From Balanoglossus misakiensis (Eukaryota > Animalia > Hemichordata), in NCBI GenBank assembly GCA_040954595.2, contig CM082584.2, positions 13,447,337 through 13,511,336 on the forward strand: a DNA stretch of 64,000 bases. The letters run 5' to 3'. The position numbers were made by a program, and so were the translations under genes. Under the pieces are notes generated by a model, which saw nothing but the letters and a program-made list of their open reading frames with translations, searched no databases and was not told where the DNA came from. This document shows, piece by piece, positions 63,133-64,000 of the stretch (position 1 is its first letter; each line of letters begins with the position of its first letter).

Positions 63133-64000
63133 GTCATTCCGAGGATGAAACACTTACCAAGGTCAATCTGATCCTACTATTTCCTGAGGTCACGTTGGGA
63201 GTAAAATGCATGACATTGAAATGCAACAACCATGTTTTGCTGCTGCTGATTTTTATAGTTTTATATTGCAATTTTGTAGAAGTCTTAGTTTTATCCTGTA
63301 TCATACATCAACCTATTTACGACCTATACATCAGATGGTTAACATTTGAAAATGCCTTTATTTAAAAACCTAGCCGTTTTGTAATGCACTAATATATGAA
63401 ATGAGAAGTGATATTTTCATCTTAATCAACACATAGGGTTTTTCCAATACTCTTGAGTACAGCCGATGTACATCTTTCAAGAAGAGAATTTTAACTCTGC
63501 TAAAAGGTTCCTTTTTTTCAGGAAATAGTGTCAACAGTTTGGCCAAATTTTAGAAAGTATTGGTATCATAAATTGGCAGGAAAATGTGCCTTATGTAGAT
63601 TCAAAAGGTCATTCCAAATTTAGTCAAAATTTGATCAACTGAAAATGCATCTAAAACCATTCTGAATCATTCCCAAAAGAGAAAGGAAAATTTTGAAATG
63701 ATCAAAATTAAGAGTAAAAATTATGTACTTTTCTACAAGAATACATCATAGTATTTAACCTTGTATCAAATTTTCATGTGAAATAATGCTGTGCATTTAT
63801 TATTATAATTAAAGTGAATAAAATTATATCTAGGCTTTTAAAAATATATACAAGTGGTAACCAGTGTCATTTACAAATATAAGGAAGTATATATGTTTAT
63901 TTTTGGAGTATTGTAAGTTTTTGCTTTAGAAATTGTCATATTTTGTACCTTTTGGATGTTAAGATTTGTAGATAGCTTAAAGAATTTACTGTTAAATGCA

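Overview
Gene-dense, intron-rich, AT-rich animal genomic DNA with GT-AG introns, probably from an invertebrate deuterostome such as a hemichordate, echinoderm or amphioxus (taxon is inference). Gene models were reconstructed by eye from splice sites and exon phases. In order: POLE4; an orphan coiled-coil ORF; a 16-exon receptor; a SIRT2-like sirtuin; an SLC16/MCT transporter (minus strand) head-to-head with an intronless, microbial-type SMP-30/gluconolactonase carrying a signal peptide and a GPI-like tail; a CUB-LDLa-TM-PPxY receptor; three tandem CD225/dispanin genes (minus strand); and a large Sushi-EGF-Ig-FN3 receptor tyrosine phosphatase with recently tandem-duplicated Sushi exons. The standout is the 16-exon receptor. 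It joins a Netrin-G-type ectodomain (LN plus 2 LE), a mucin stalk and EGF repeats to a transmembrane helix and a Tie/Ret-like tyrosine kinase domain that looks catalytically dead (HRD to HRK, no activation-loop Tyr) and ends in a PDZ-type motif. A candidate alternative signal-peptide exon would give an LN-less isoform. No database searches were possible, so novelty is unverified.
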